Positions 1-9,882 of a stretch of DNA of 32,000 nt are shown here, piece after piece. A model generated the notes under the pieces. It had not been told where the DNA came from, searched no databases, and worked only from the letters and a program-made list of their open reading frames with translations. The DNA is taken from NCBI RefSeq assembly GCF_000012345.1, contig NC_007205.1, positions 420,001-452,000 of the forward strand, in the 5' to 3' direction. Made by a program: the position numbers and the translations under genes. The stretch is from Candidatus Pelagibacter ubique HTCC1062. GTDB taxonomy: Bacteria > Pseudomonadota > Alphaproteobacteria > Pelagibacterales > Pelagibacteraceae. How positions within the stretch are numbered: position 1 is the first letter of the stretch; each line of letters begins with the position of its first letter.

Positions 1-1215
1 ATTGAGGTGCTAGTTTCAAATGGCCAGTCAGTTTCTAAAAATGATCCACTTATTACAATTGAGAGTGACAAATCTAGTGTTGAAATACCAGCTTCTTTTG
101 ATGGAAAGATTAAGTCTGTTAAAATTAAAGTGGGAGATAGGGTTTCAGAAGGTGATTTAATATTAACTATAGAACAGTCTGGAGAAGAAGAAAAAAAAAT
201 AGAACAAAAAACTATTAAAGAAGCAGAACAAGTTACAAATCAAAATCAAGTAGAAAAAATTGCAAAAGTCAATCCAGCACAAAATACAATAAAAAAAGAT
301 AATTCAGAAATTTCATCTGCAAGCCCAAAAGTACGTAAATTTGCTAGAGAACTTGGGGTTAATATTAATGAAATAGTTGGTAGTGAAAGACAGGGAAGAA
401 TTGTGGAAGATGATGTAAAAAATTTTATATCCTCTAGAATTAATAAAGCTCCAGATAAGACCGAAGTTCAACCAAAAAAAATTGTTAGTGAATATTCTCA
501 TTCTGATTTTGGTGAAATTGAAGTTAAAGATATGCCTAGAGTTAAAAAATTAGCCTCTACATATTTAGTTAATTCTTGGACTACAATACCTCATGTCACA
601 AATCATGATGAAGCAGATATAACTGAAATGGAAGATTTTAGAACTTCACTTACTGACATGTATACAGGGGAAAGAAAAAAAATTACTCCATTAGCTTTTA
701 TTGTTAAAGCTTTAGTTGCATCTTTAAAAAAGTTTCCTAGTTTCAACTCTTCAATAGATGATATTGAAAATGGAAAAATTACAATGAAAAACTATTTTCA
801 TGTTGGGATTGCAGTGGATACTCCACATGGTTTAATGGTGCCAAAAATTAGAAATGCTGACAATAAAAGCATCTCATATATTAGCAATGAATTGAAAATA
901 GTAAGTGACCAATGTAGAAATTTAAAAATAGATAAGAAAGAATTTTTTGGAGGATCTATGACTATTACGAGTCTTGGAGGAATTGGAGGTTCATTCTTTA
1001 CACCAATAATAAATTATCCAGAAGTTGCTATATTAGGAGTAGGCAAGGCACAAAAAAAACAAATTTTTATTAATGGGAAATTTGAAACAAGAACAATGCT
1101 ACCGCTTTCTTTATCATATGATCACAGAATAATTGATGGAGCTGAAGCAGCTAGATTTAATAATGATCTAAAAGAAAATTTAGGCAAAAATTTTGCTTAT
1201 AAATTAGCTGTATAG
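1..1215 (+). CDS. aceF: Dihydrolipoamide acyltransferase (E2) of a 2-oxoacid (pyruvate) dehydrogenase complex; 5'-truncated by the window edge
   Basis: The frame is open from nt 1. Lipoyl-domain motif LITIESDKSSVEIPA (lipoyl-Lys in SDK) resembles the AceF type. Peripheral subunit-binding domain SPKVRKFARELGVNINEIVGS. C-terminal catalytic domain with SLSYDHRIIDGAEAARF (DHRxxDG active site). Confidence 0.85.
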   Translation: MEVLVSNGQSVSKNDPLITIESDKSSVEIPASFDGKIKSVKIKVGDRVSEGDLILTIEQSGEEEKKIEQKTIKEAEQVTNQNQVEKIAKVNPAQNTIKKDNSEISSASPKVRKFARELGVNINEIVGSERQGRIVEDDVKNFISSRINKAPDKTEVQPKKIVSEYSHSDFGEIEVKDMPRVKKLASTYLVNSWTTIPHVTNHDEADITEMEDFRTSLTDMYTGERKKITPLAFIVKALVASLKKFPSFNSSIDDIENGKITMKNYFHVGIAVDTPHGLMVPKIRNADNKSISYISNELKIVSDQCRNLKIDKKEFFGGSMTITSLGGIGGSFFTPIINYPEVAILGVGKAQKKQIFINGKFETRTMLPLSLSYDHRIIDGAEAARFNNDLKENLGKNFAYKLAV

Positions 1216-1221
1216 ATATTA

Positions 1222-2109
1222 ATGTCAAAAACATCATCATTATTTTGTGCATTATTATGTACATTCATATGGGGAACGACTTTTATAGCTCAAGATACTG
1301 GAATGGACGACATTGGCCCTTTCACTTTTAATGCTGTCAGGTTTTTTGTTGGTTTTTTAGTAGTAGCTCCATTAGCTTTTATTTTTGAAAGAAAAAAAAT
1401 ATCAAAATCAGTACAAAAAAATCAAAAAGAATTTATCAACTTGGCTATTTTAATAGGCCTATCTTTATTTTTGGGATCAGCACTTCAACAAGTAGCTTTA
1501 CTCTATACAGATGTTGCTAATGCTGCATTCTTTACGATTTTTTATGTGCCAATGGTTCCGTTTATAATTTTTTTCATGTATAAAAAGCCAATTCACTGGA
1601 GTATTTGGCCTTCTGTTCTTCTTTGTGTGATGGGAGGTTATTTGTTAACTAATTTTTATAGCGCAACAGTTAGAAATGGTGATGCACTTATAATAATAGG
1701 CGCATTTTTCTGGAGTACACACATTATTTTTACTGGCAAAATTATAGAAAAATATAATCTTCCATTAACAATTGGTGCGATTCAAACTTTAATTGTTTCC
1801 TCGCTATCATTAATTATAGGATTAATTTTTGAAGATTTTATTTGGTCCAATATTCTTAAAGAAAAATTTCAAATCTTATATGCTGGAATTTTGTCTGGAG
1901 GTCTTGCATTTGTTTTACAAATATATGCACAAAAAAATATATCCCCTGCTCCCTCAGCAATAATCTTTTCTTTAGAGGGTGTTTTTGCGACAATTGCTGC
2001 TTGGATTTTATTAGATCAAATTTTAGATATAAATAATTTATTTGGATGTTTATTTATTTTATTTGGTGTTTTGTTTTCACAATTAGCACCAATATTAAAA
2101 AAAAATTAA
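1222..2109 (+). CDS. EamA/DMT-superfamily permease (RhaT-like, about 10 predicted TM helices)
   Basis: 295-aa highly hydrophobic protein with two-fold internal organisation typical of EamA repeats. ATG lies 6 nt after the E2 stop. Substrate cannot be inferred. Confidence 0.75.
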   Translation: MSKTSSLFCALLCTFIWGTTFIAQDTGMDDIGPFTFNAVRFFVGFLVVAPLAFIFERKKISKSVQKNQKEFINLAILIGLSLFLGSALQQVALLYTDVANAAFFTIFYVPMVPFIIFFMYKKPIHWSIWPSVLLCVMGGYLLTNFYSATVRNGDALIIIGAFFWSTHIIFTGKIIEKYNLPLTIGAIQTLIVSSLSLIIGLIFEDFIWSNILKEKFQILYAGILSGGLAFVLQIYAQKNISPAPSAIIFSLEGVFATIAAWILLDQILDINNLFGCLFILFGVLFSQLAPILKKN

Positions 2110-2876
2110 TTATATATTATTATAAACAGAATTATTGAAATAATTATTCTGTAAATAACAAAAACATTCAAAGAAAATTTGTTTATATAATCTAGGAAAA
2201 ACTTAACTGTAAAATAAGAAAATAAAAAAGAAAGAGTGATTGATATTAGTACAAGATAGTTAAGCTCAAAGCTTTGACCAATGGCATTTTTTAACTGTAG
2301 CACACTTGCTCCAGCTATAGCAGGTATAGCTAGTAAAAAAGAAATTTTACTTGAATCAAATCTATTAAATCTAAAAAGTCTTGCAGCCGTTATTGTAATA
2401 CCTGCCCTACTCACACCAGGTATTAAAGCAAGTATTTGGAACAAACCAATATATAGTATTGTTTTAAAATTTAAATTAGATGATATTTTTTTATCAAATT
2501 TACTTTTATCTGCGAGATATAAGATAATTCCAAAAATTAATGTTGTCCAAGCGATTATCTTTAAATTGTTTTCTAATAGGTTAACTAGACCTGTGGAGCT
2601 GATTACGTAGCCAGCTATTACAATTGGTATTGAGCCAATAATTAATAAAGATAATAACTTCTGATTATTTCTAAGGTCCAATAACTCTCTTCTAAAATAA
2701 AAGACTATTGCAAGTAAAGAGCCAAGATGGAGACTAACATCAATCATTAGTGAGTTAGAATTAAACTCAAATATTATCTCAACAATATTCAAGTGAGCTG
2801 ATGAACTAATTGGTAAAAATTCTGATATTCCCTGAACTATTGATAAGATTATAATTTCAATAATATTTGAGAACAT
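2106..2876 (-). CDS. uppP: Undecaprenyl-diphosphate phosphatase (BacA/UppP)
   Basis: Signature motifs SEFLPISSSAHL and PGVSRAGITITAA. 256-aa polytopic membrane protein with an ATG start. Confidence 0.9.
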   Translation of the reverse strand: MFSNIIEIIILSIVQGISEFLPISSSAHLNIVEIIFEFNSNSLMIDVSLHLGSLLAIVFYFRRELLDLRNNQKLLSLLIIGSIPIVIAGYVISSTGLVNLLENNLKIIAWTTLIFGIILYLADKSKFDKKISSNLNFKTILYIGLFQILALIPGVSRAGITITAARLFRFNRFDSSKISFLLAIPAIAGASVLQLKNAIGQSFELNYLVLISITLSFLFSYFTVKFFLDYINKFSLNVFVIYRIIISIILFIIIYN

Positions 2877-2983
2877 TTAATGCTTCGTAGCTTAAATATT
2901 CAATAATTTAAACAATTCCATTTTAACATATTAGATATGCATAAATTAAAATATTAAGATTTAATTGGATTTATTTCAAATTT

Positions 2984-3004
2984 AAGGTCATATATGCTGA
3001 CCTT
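2984..3004 (+). promoter_or_regulatory. Hairpin AAGGTCA-N7-TGACCTT followed by T-rich GTTTGTCTTTTATT, 56 nt upstream of the gltD ATG; possible leader attenuator or operator
   Basis: Perfect 7-bp inverted repeat read directly from the sequence. The T-rich tail is present only in the + orientation. It lies in the longest spacer of the window (184 bp). Confidence 0.25.
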
Positions 3005-3060
3005 GTTTGTCTTTTATTACATAAAACCTTGATATATGCTAAATTTATTGAGGGTTAAAT

Positions 3061-4500
3061 ATGTCAGAAAATATGCTTAAATTTGTTAAAATAGGTCAAC
3101 AAACTCCACCTAAAAGAGAAGTTGGAAATAGAAAAGAAGACTTTAATGAAATTTATAAGGAATTTATTAACGATAAAGCAAGCGAACAATCTAGCAGGTG
3201 TTCTCAATGTGGAGTTCCTTTTTGCCAGGTCCATTGTCCATTAAGTAATAATATTCCAGATTGGCTAAAATTAACCGCAGAAGGACGATTAAAAGAGGCT
3301 TACGAATTATCTCAAAGCACTAACAACATGCCAGAGGTGTGTGGAAGAATATGTCCACAAGATAGATTGTGTGAAGGAAATTGTGTAATTGAACAATCTG
3401 GACATGGAACTGTAACTATAGGTTCAGTTGAGAAGTATATTACTGATAATGCTTGGGAACAAGGATGGGTAAATCCAATAAAGGTTAAAAATGAAAAGAG
3501 TCAAAGTATTGGAATTATAGGAGCAGGCCCAGCTGGTCTAGCTGCTGCGGAGCAGTTACGTAAGTCAGGTTATCAAATTACAGTATACGATCGATATGAT
3601 AGAGCTGGTGGTTTAATGATTTATGGCATTCCAAATTTTAAATTAGAAAAATTTGTTGTAGAGAGAAGAACCAAATTATTAGAAGAAGGTGGAATTAAAT
3701 TTGTTCAAAATTTTGAAGTTGGAAAAGATGCTACATTAGAGCAATTAAGAAAAAAACATGATGCTCTTTTAATTGCAACTGGAGTTTATAAAGCTCGAGA
3801 AATAGATCTTCCAGGAAAAGATTTAGGAAATATATTTCCAGCCATGGAATTTTTAACAGCTTCAAATAAAAAAGGATTAGGAGACAAAGTAGAATTATTT
3901 GATAATGGAACTTTAAATGCTGAAGGAAAAAATATTGTAGTAATTGGAGGAGGTGACACTGCAATGGACTGTGTTAGAACTTCAATCAGACAAAAAGCAA
4001 AATCAGTTAAATGTCTTTACAGGAGAGACAAAGAAAATATGCCTGGATCTGCAAGAGAGGTAGCCAATGCAGAGGAAGAGGGAGTAGAGTTTGTATGGCT
4101 ATCTAGTCCCAAAGAATTTATTGGAACAAATAAAGTTGAAGGTTTGATAGTGGATAAGATCAAACTTGGGGAACCTGATGACAGTGGAAGACGTAAACCA
4201 GAAATTCAGAATAATTCTCACTTTAATATTAAGGCAGACATAGTAATTAAGGCTCTTGGTTTTGATCCAGAAAATTTACCAAAACTATTTGGTTCTGAGG
4301 ATCTACAAGTTACTAAATGGGGAACATTAAAAACCAATTTTGATACTATGGAGACAAATTTACCAGGTGTGTTTGCAGCAGGAGATATTATTAGGGGTGC
4401 ATCTTTAGTTGTCTGGGCCATAAAAGACGGAAGAGATGTAGCAGTATCAATAAAAAATTTTTTAGAGACCAAAGAACTCAGTAAAGAGAAGGTTGCTTAA
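3061..4500 (+). CDS. gltD: Glutamate synthase (NADPH) small subunit
   Basis: N-terminal Fe-S cysteine clusters CSQCGVPFCQVHCP and CGRICPQDRLCEGNC. Dinucleotide folds IGIIGAGPAGLAAA and VVVIGGGDTAMD. GAGGG-like SD precedes the ATG. The stop overlaps the gltB start (TAATG). Confidence 0.95.
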   Translation: MSENMLKFVKIGQQTPPKREVGNRKEDFNEIYKEFINDKASEQSSRCSQCGVPFCQVHCPLSNNIPDWLKLTAEGRLKEAYELSQSTNNMPEVCGRICPQDRLCEGNCVIEQSGHGTVTIGSVEKYITDNAWEQGWVNPIKVKNEKSQSIGIIGAGPAGLAAAEQLRKSGYQITVYDRYDRAGGLMIYGIPNFKLEKFVVERRTKLLEEGGIKFVQNFEVGKDATLEQLRKKHDALLIATGVYKAREIDLPGKDLGNIFPAMEFLTASNKKGLGDKVELFDNGTLNAEGKNIVVIGGGDTAMDCVRTSIRQKAKSVKCLYRRDKENMPGSAREVANAEEEGVEFVWLSSPKEFIGTNKVEGLIVDKIKLGEPDDSGRRKPEIQNNSHFNIKADIVIKALGFDPENLPKLFGSEDLQVTKWGTLKTNFDTMETNLPGVFAAGDIIRGASLVVWAIKDGRDVAVSIKNFLETKELSKEKVA

Positions 4501-7500
4501 TGAAAAATTATAAAAAAAATCTTAAAATTCTTGAGGATGGTCATGTTTATTCTAAAGAAATGGAGCATGACGCTTGTGGAGTAGGGTTAATTGCTTCTAC
4601 AGAAGGTAAAAAATCAAGGAAAGTAGTAGAATATGGAATTAATGCCCTAAAAGCGGTTTGGCACAGAGGAGCGGTTGATGCTGATGGAAAAACAGGTGAT
4701 GGAGCTGGAATCCATTTAGAAATTCCCTCAGACTTCTTTGCTGAAAAGATAGAAATCACAGGTCATGACCATGATGGTTCAGAAATTTGTGTGGGTATGA
4801 TTTTTTTACCCAGAAACAATTATCAAGCACAAGAAAATGCAAGAACTTTAGTTGAAAGTGAATTAACAAAAAGTAATTTTAGTATTTATGGATGGAGACA
4901 GGTTCCTGTAAATCCAAAAGTTTTAGGTGAAAAAGCAAATCTTACAAGACCAGAAATTACTCAAGTATTATTTAAACATAATAATAAAGATTTAACAGAA
5001 AAAGAGTTAGAAAGAAAAATTTATGAATCTAGAAGAAAAATTGAAAAAGAAGCTATTAAAGATGCGATAGAAGGTTTTTATATTTGTTCACTAAGTTCTA
5101 AGTCAGTTATTTATAAGGGAATGTTTTTAGCAGAGTCTATTGCAGATTTTTATTTAGATTTAAAAGATGAAAGGTTTATATCTCGATTTGCAATATTTCA
5201 TCAAAGGTTTTCAACAAACACAGCACCTAGTTGGGATCTGGCACAACCTTTTAGAGCATTAGCTCATAATGGAGAAATAAATACATTCAAAGGAAATACA
5301 AACTGGATGAAAGTTCATGAGCAAGAAATGAATAGTCCATTATTTGATAATATGGAAAATTTAAAACCAGTTATACAACCAGGATCATCAGACTCTGCTG
5401 CACTAGATAGTGTTTTTGAACTTTTAAATATTTCTGGCCAATCAGCACCCCTTGCAAAATTAATGTTAATTCCAGATGCATGGTCTAAAAAAAGTCAAAC
5501 ATTATCAAAAGATCACCAACAATTATTTAATTTTTTAAATAGCACAATGGAGCCATGGGATGGACCAGCTGCTATTGCAGCTACCGATAATGAATGGGCC
5601 ATTGTAGCAGCTGATAGAAATGGGTTACGCCCAATGAGATATACTATTTCAAAAGATAAAATATTGTGTGCAGGATCAGAAACGGGAATGGTTGAAATCG
5701 ATGAGAAGCAAATTCTTAAAAAAGGCAGATTAGGACCTGGAGAAATTCTTGGAGTTAGAATAGCTAAAGGTAAAGTATTTTCTAATGTTGAAATAAAAGA
5801 CTATCTAGCAAAAGAGTTTAAACATTTTAACAATCAAATAATTGATTTAGAAAAGAAATTCCCAATAAAGAATGAAAAATCTACTTTTTCAGGTGATGAG
5901 CTAAAAAAAAGACAACATACATTTGGTTATAGTTTAGAAGATCTGGAGCTTATTCTTCACCCGATGGCAGAAGATGCAAAAGAAGCCATTGGCTCTATGG
6001 GTGATGACACTCCACTTGCAGTATTGTCTGACCGTTATAGACCGCTTTACCATTTTTTTAGACAAAATTTTAGTCAAGTTACAAATCCACCAATTGACTC
6101 TTTAAGAGAAAACAAGGTTATGAGTTTAAAAACTCGTTTTGGTAATCTTGGAAATATTTTAGATTTTACTAATTTAACAGAAGAAAACATATACGTTTTA
6201 GACAGCCCCATATTATCAAATTCTCAATTAGAAAAATTTATTAATTTTTTTGGGGAAAAATCAATAACAATTGATTGTACTTTTGATAAAAGTGAAAATC
6301 TTGAAACTTCTATTGAGAGAATTAGAAAAGAGTCTGAAATTGCAGTTCGACAAGGCCTTACGCAATTAGTTTTAAGTGATAAAAATATTTCTGAAAAAAG
6401 ATTACCCATCCCAATGCTATTATGTGTTGGTGCAATAAATACTTATCTTATTAAAAAAAAATTAAGAGGCTATGCATCAATCAATGCTCAAACTGGAGAA
6501 GCATTAGACACGCATTCATTTGCAACACTTATAGGTGTTGGGGCAACTACTGTTAATCCTTATTTAGCACTGGATAGTTTATATCAAAGGTTTGAAAAAA
6601 AATTATTTGGAAAGTTTGAGTACGATGAATGCATAGACAGATATATACAATCAGTAAATTATGGACTTCTGAAAATAATGTCAAAAATGGGAATTTCGGT
6701 CATAAGCTCTTATAGAGGTGGATGTAATTTTGAAACAGTTGGTTTGAGTAGAACAGTAGCATCAGAATACTTTCCAGGAATTTTATCAAAAATTTCAGGT
6801 ATAGGGTTAAATGGAATAGAAAAAAAATTAAGAACTATTCACAAAGAAGCATTTGAAGGAACGGATGCAGTTTTACCAATCGGAGGAATTTATAGATATA
6901 GAAAGGATGGTGAAACTCATCAATATCAAGGTAAGCTCATTCATCTTTTGCAAAGTGCAGTTTCATCAAATTCTTTTGAAGCTTATAAAAAATATGCAGA
7001 AGGTATTTATAATCTTCCTCCTATACACCTTAGAGACTTGATTGGATTTAGAGATAAAAATTTAAACCCATCCTTAGATATTTCAGAAGTAGAACCAATC
7101 GAAAATATTTTAACAAGATTTGGAAGTGGAAGTATGTCTCATGGTGCATTATCGAAAGAAGCACACGAAACATTAGCTATAGGAATGAATAGAATTAAAG
7201 GAGCCTCTTGTAGTGGTGAAGGTGGAGAAGATGAAAAAAGATTTATTAAGATGGAAAACGGAGATAGTGCTAATTCTAGAGTTAAGCAAATAGCCTCAGC
7301 AAGATTTGGAGTAACACTTAAATATCTAAATAACTGTAACGAAATAGAGATTAAAATTGCACAAGGAGCAAAACCTGGTGAGGGAGGTCAATTACCAGGG
7401 TTTAAAGTTACGGAAGAAATTGCCAAATTAAGACATTCAACTCCGGGTGTAACCCTAATATCACCACCACCTCACCATGATATTTATTCTATCGAGGATT

Positions 7501-9005
7501 TAGCTCAATTAATTTATGATCTTAAACAAGCCAATCCAAAAGCAAGAGTTGGTGTAAAATTAGTAGCATCTTCTGGGATAGGAACAATCGCAGCTGGGGT
7601 AGCTAAAGCTAAAGCAGATATAATTTTAATTTCTGGACATAATGGAGGAACAGGAGCTACACCGCAAACAAGTGTTAAATATGTGGGGATACCTTGGGAG
7701 ATGGGATTAACTGAGGCTAATCAAGTTTTAACTTTAAATAATTTAAGGCATAAAGTTACTCTAAGAACAGATGGTGGAATTAAAACAGGAAGAGATGTTG
7801 TTATTGCAGCCATGATGGGAGCAGAAGAATATGGAGTAGCTACTACAGCTTTAGTAGCCATGGGATGTATAATGGTTAGACAGTGTCACTCAAACACATG
7901 TCCAGTTGGAGTTTGTACTCAAGATGAAAAACTAAGAGAAAAATTTTCTGGTACGCCAGAAAAGGTAGTCAACTTATTTAAATTTATAGCTGAGGAAGTA
8001 AGAGAAATTTTAGCACAAATAGGATTTAAATCATTAAATGAAATAATTGGTAGGACTGATTTATTAAGACAGGTAAGTAAAGCTTCACCAAACTTAGATG
8101 ATTTAGACCTAAACCCTTTATTTGTTCAAACAGATGCTGGTGAGAACACAAGATACTGTACAGTTCCAGAAATAAATTCTGTTCCAAATACTTTGGATCA
8201 AGAAATTTTACCTGAAATTAAAGAACAAATTGGAAAAGTAAAAATTATTGAAAAGGAATATATTATTAAAAATACTCATAGGACAGTTGGAACAAGAATT
8301 TCTAATCATCTTTATGAAAAATATGGATCTGAAAAACTAGAGGATGGCTTTTTATCTTTAAAGTTTAAAGGATCAGCTGGACAGTCATTTGGTGCATTTG
8401 CAATAAAAGGCTTAAAACTTATTTTAAAAGGTGATGCTAATGATTATGTTGGCAAAGGTTTATCAGGCGCAACAGTGGTAGTTAAACTTCCAGACGAAAG
8501 TAATCTAGTTTCACATGAGAATACCATAATAGGAAATACAGTTTTGTATGGAGCAACATCTGGAAAACTTTTTGCAGCAGGTCAAGCTGGAGAAAGGTAT
8601 TCGGTAAGAAATTCAGGATCAATTTCAGTTATTGAAGGATGCGATTCTAATGCTTGTGAATATATGACTGGTGGCACAGTTATAATTCTAGGTGATGTAG
8701 GAGACAATTTTGGAGCTGGAATGACTGGTGGAATGGCGTTTATTTACGATATAAATAAGAAATTTGATAAAAAAGTAAACCCAGAGACTGTAGTATGGCA
8801 AACACCTGAAACAGATTATTGGATAACTTATTTAAAAAATTTAGTTCAAGAGCATCACCAGGAGACAAATTCAGATTTTTCTAAAAAGATTATAGAAAAT
8901 TTTGATAGAGAAATTTCTAATTTTATTCAAGTTTGTCCAAAAGAAATGATTGATAAGCTAAAAAACCCAATAAGTTTAAAATCCATTATAAAAGAAGTTA
9001 GTTAA
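4500..9005 (+). CDS. gltB: Glutamate synthase (NADPH) large subunit
   Basis: 1501 aa. Ntn-amidotransferase catalytic Cys after a short propeptide (EHDACGVGLIA). FMN/3Fe-4S region (CIMVRQCHSNTCPVGVCTQD). C-terminal GXGXG beta-helix repeats (GNTVLYGATSGKLFAAGQAGERYSVRNSG). Confidence 0.97.
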   Translation: MKNYKKNLKILEDGHVYSKEMEHDACGVGLIASTEGKKSRKVVEYGINALKAVWHRGAVDADGKTGDGAGIHLEIPSDFFAEKIEITGHDHDGSEICVGMIFLPRNNYQAQENARTLVESELTKSNFSIYGWRQVPVNPKVLGEKANLTRPEITQVLFKHNNKDLTEKELERKIYESRRKIEKEAIKDAIEGFYICSLSSKSVIYKGMFLAESIADFYLDLKDERFISRFAIFHQRFSTNTAPSWDLAQPFRALAHNGEINTFKGNTNWMKVHEQEMNSPLFDNMENLKPVIQPGSSDSAALDSVFELLNISGQSAPLAKLMLIPDAWSKKSQTLSKDHQQLFNFLNSTMEPWDGPAAIAATDNEWAIVAADRNGLRPMRYTISKDKILCAGSETGMVEIDEKQILKKGRLGPGEILGVRIAKGKVFSNVEIKDYLAKEFKHFNNQIIDLEKKFPIKNEKSTFSGDELKKRQHTFGYSLEDLELILHPMAEDAKEAIGSMGDDTPLAVLSDRYRPLYHFFRQNFSQVTNPPIDSLRENKVMSLKTRFGNLGNILDFTNLTEENIYVLDSPILSNSQLEKFINFFGEKSITIDCTFDKSENLETSIERIRKESEIAVRQGLTQLVLSDKNISEKRLPIPMLLCVGAINTYLIKKKLRGYASINAQTGEALDTHSFATLIGVGATTVNPYLALDSLYQRFEKKLFGKFEYDECIDRYIQSVNYGLLKIMSKMGISVISSYRGGCNFETVGLSRTVASEYFPGILSKISGIGLNGIEKKLRTIHKEAFEGTDAVLPIGGIYRYRKDGETHQYQGKLIHLLQSAVSSNSFEAYKKYAEGIYNLPPIHLRDLIGFRDKNLNPSLDISEVEPIENILTRFGSGSMSHGALSKEAHETLAIGMNRIKGASCSGEGGEDEKRFIKMENGDSANSRVKQIASARFGVTLKYLNNCNEIEIKIAQGAKPGEGGQLPGFKVTEEIAKLRHSTPGVTLISPPPHHDIYSIEDLAQLIYDLKQANPKARVGVKLVASSGIGTIAAGVAKAKADIILISGHNGGTGATPQTSVKYVGIPWEMGLTEANQVLTLNNLRHKVTLRTDGGIKTGRDVVIAAMMGAEEYGVATTALVAMGCIMVRQCHSNTCPVGVCTQDEKLREKFSGTPEKVVNLFKFIAEEVREILAQIGFKSLNEIIGRTDLLRQVSKASPNLDDLDLNPLFVQTDAGENTRYCTVPEINSVPNTLDQEILPEIKEQIGKVKIIEKEYIIKNTHRTVGTRISNHLYEKYGSEKLEDGFLSLKFKGSAGQSFGAFAIKGLKLILKGDANDYVGKGLSGATVVVKLPDESNLVSHENTIIGNTVLYGATSGKLFAAGQAGERYSVRNSGSISVIEGCDSNACEYMTGGTVIILGDVGDNFGAGMTGGMAFIYDINKKFDKKVNPETVVWQTPETDYWITYLKNLVQEHHQETNSDFSKKIIENFDREISNFIQVCPKEMIDKLKNPISLKSIIKEVS

Positions 9006-9006
9006 A

Positions 9007-9882
9007 ATGAAGGATATAAATATTTTTTGTTTTGGTTTTGGCCAAGTCGCAAAAAATTTTATAAAGAAGCTTAGTGTTGAGCAGTATAATATTAATTTGT
9101 CAGCAACCTCTAGAAGTGAGTCTTCAAAAAAATCATTCAACGGTATTAATTATAATAGCTATCTATTTAATAGTGAGAACTTTGATCAAAGTTTAGTTGT
9201 AAAATTAAAAGAAGCAGATCATATCTTGGTTTCTATACCACCAGAAAATCAAGAAGATTTAGTTATAAAAAATTTTTCTAAATTTATAGAAAGCTCCAAA
9301 ACAAAATGGATAACATACTTATCAGCCACTAGTATTTATGGTGATCATAAGGGAGAGTGGGTTAATGAAAATAGCAAAACAAACCCAATTTCAAATAATG
9401 GTATTGCAAGATTGAAAGCTGAAAATGCATGGTTTTCTTTAGAGAAAAATAAGAAAGTACCAATTCAGATATTTAGGTTATCTGGAATTTATTCTAATGA
9501 AAAAAATATTTTAATGCGTCTAAAATCAGGAGGCGTGAAAGTGATCAATAAAAAAAATCATTTTTTTTCTAGAATTCATGTAGATGATATTTCAAATATA
9601 TTATTTAAATCTTTATCAAAATTTAAGTCAGGAGAAATATATAATCTATCTGATGATAAACCGTCTACATCTGAAGAGGTTACTTTATTTGGAGCAAAAA
9701 TATTAAATATTGAAAATATCGAAAAAATTGAAGTTGACCAAATTAAAGGTGAGATGTTGAAAAATTTTTATAATGAGTCTAAAAAAGTTAGCAACAAAAA
9801 GATGAAAAGTTATTTTAATTATAATTTAAAATTTCCAAGCTATATCGAAGGATTAAACCATATTAGCTGTAATTTTATTTAG
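9007..9882 (+). CDS. NAD(P)-binding Rossmann-fold protein, extended SDR / epimerase-dehydratase-like
   Basis: N-terminal FGFGQVA dinucleotide-binding turn. Segments SATSIYGD...W.NE and RLSGIYS are typical of extended SDRs. Starts 1 nt after the gltB stop. Confidence 0.65.
   Translation: MKDINIFCFGFGQVAKNFIKKLSVEQYNINLSATSRSESSKKSFNGINYNSYLFNSENFDQSLVVKLKEADHILVSIPPENQEDLVIKNFSKFIESSKTKWITYLSATSIYGDHKGEWVNENSKTNPISNNGIARLKAENAWFSLEKNKKVPIQIFRLSGIYSNEKNILMRLKSGGVKVINKKNHFFSRIHVDDISNILFKSLSKFKSGEIYNLSDDKPSTSEEVTLFGAKILNIENIEKIEVDQIKGEMLKNFYNESKKVSNKKMKSYFNYNLKFPSYIEGLNHISCNFI

Noticed and set aside
2281-2610. 109-aa ORF antisense to uppP, and the other short ORFs in the track that lie inside or opposite large genes: 313-501, 3731-3964, 4218-4472, 4547-4759, 6224-6409, 6853-7041, 12124-12339, 12185-12400, 14055-14249, 15687-15878, 17181-17402, 17658-17852, 18764-19018, 20402-20620, 22625-22807, 26060-26302, 28804-29046, 29486-29767
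   Set aside because: All are fully embedded in ORFs that carry strong family motifs. Their translations are low-complexity Leu/Phe/Ile/Ser-rich, as expected for shadow frames in AT-rich DNA. None shows a recognisable domain.
2961-2985. Sigma-54 type promoter (GG-N10-GC) upstream of gltD
   Set aside because: The only GG, at 2967-2968, has no GC at the required +12 spacing, so there is no match to TGGCAC-N5-TTGC.
2937-3080. Mini-ORFs in the gltD leader as attenuation leader peptides: MHKLKY at 2937-2957, MLTLFVFYYIKP at 2994-3032, and a 14-codon ORF from 3036
   Set aside because: They show no enrichment for Glu/Gln or any regulatory codon and have no SD. Short ATG...stop frames are expected by chance in AT-rich spacers.
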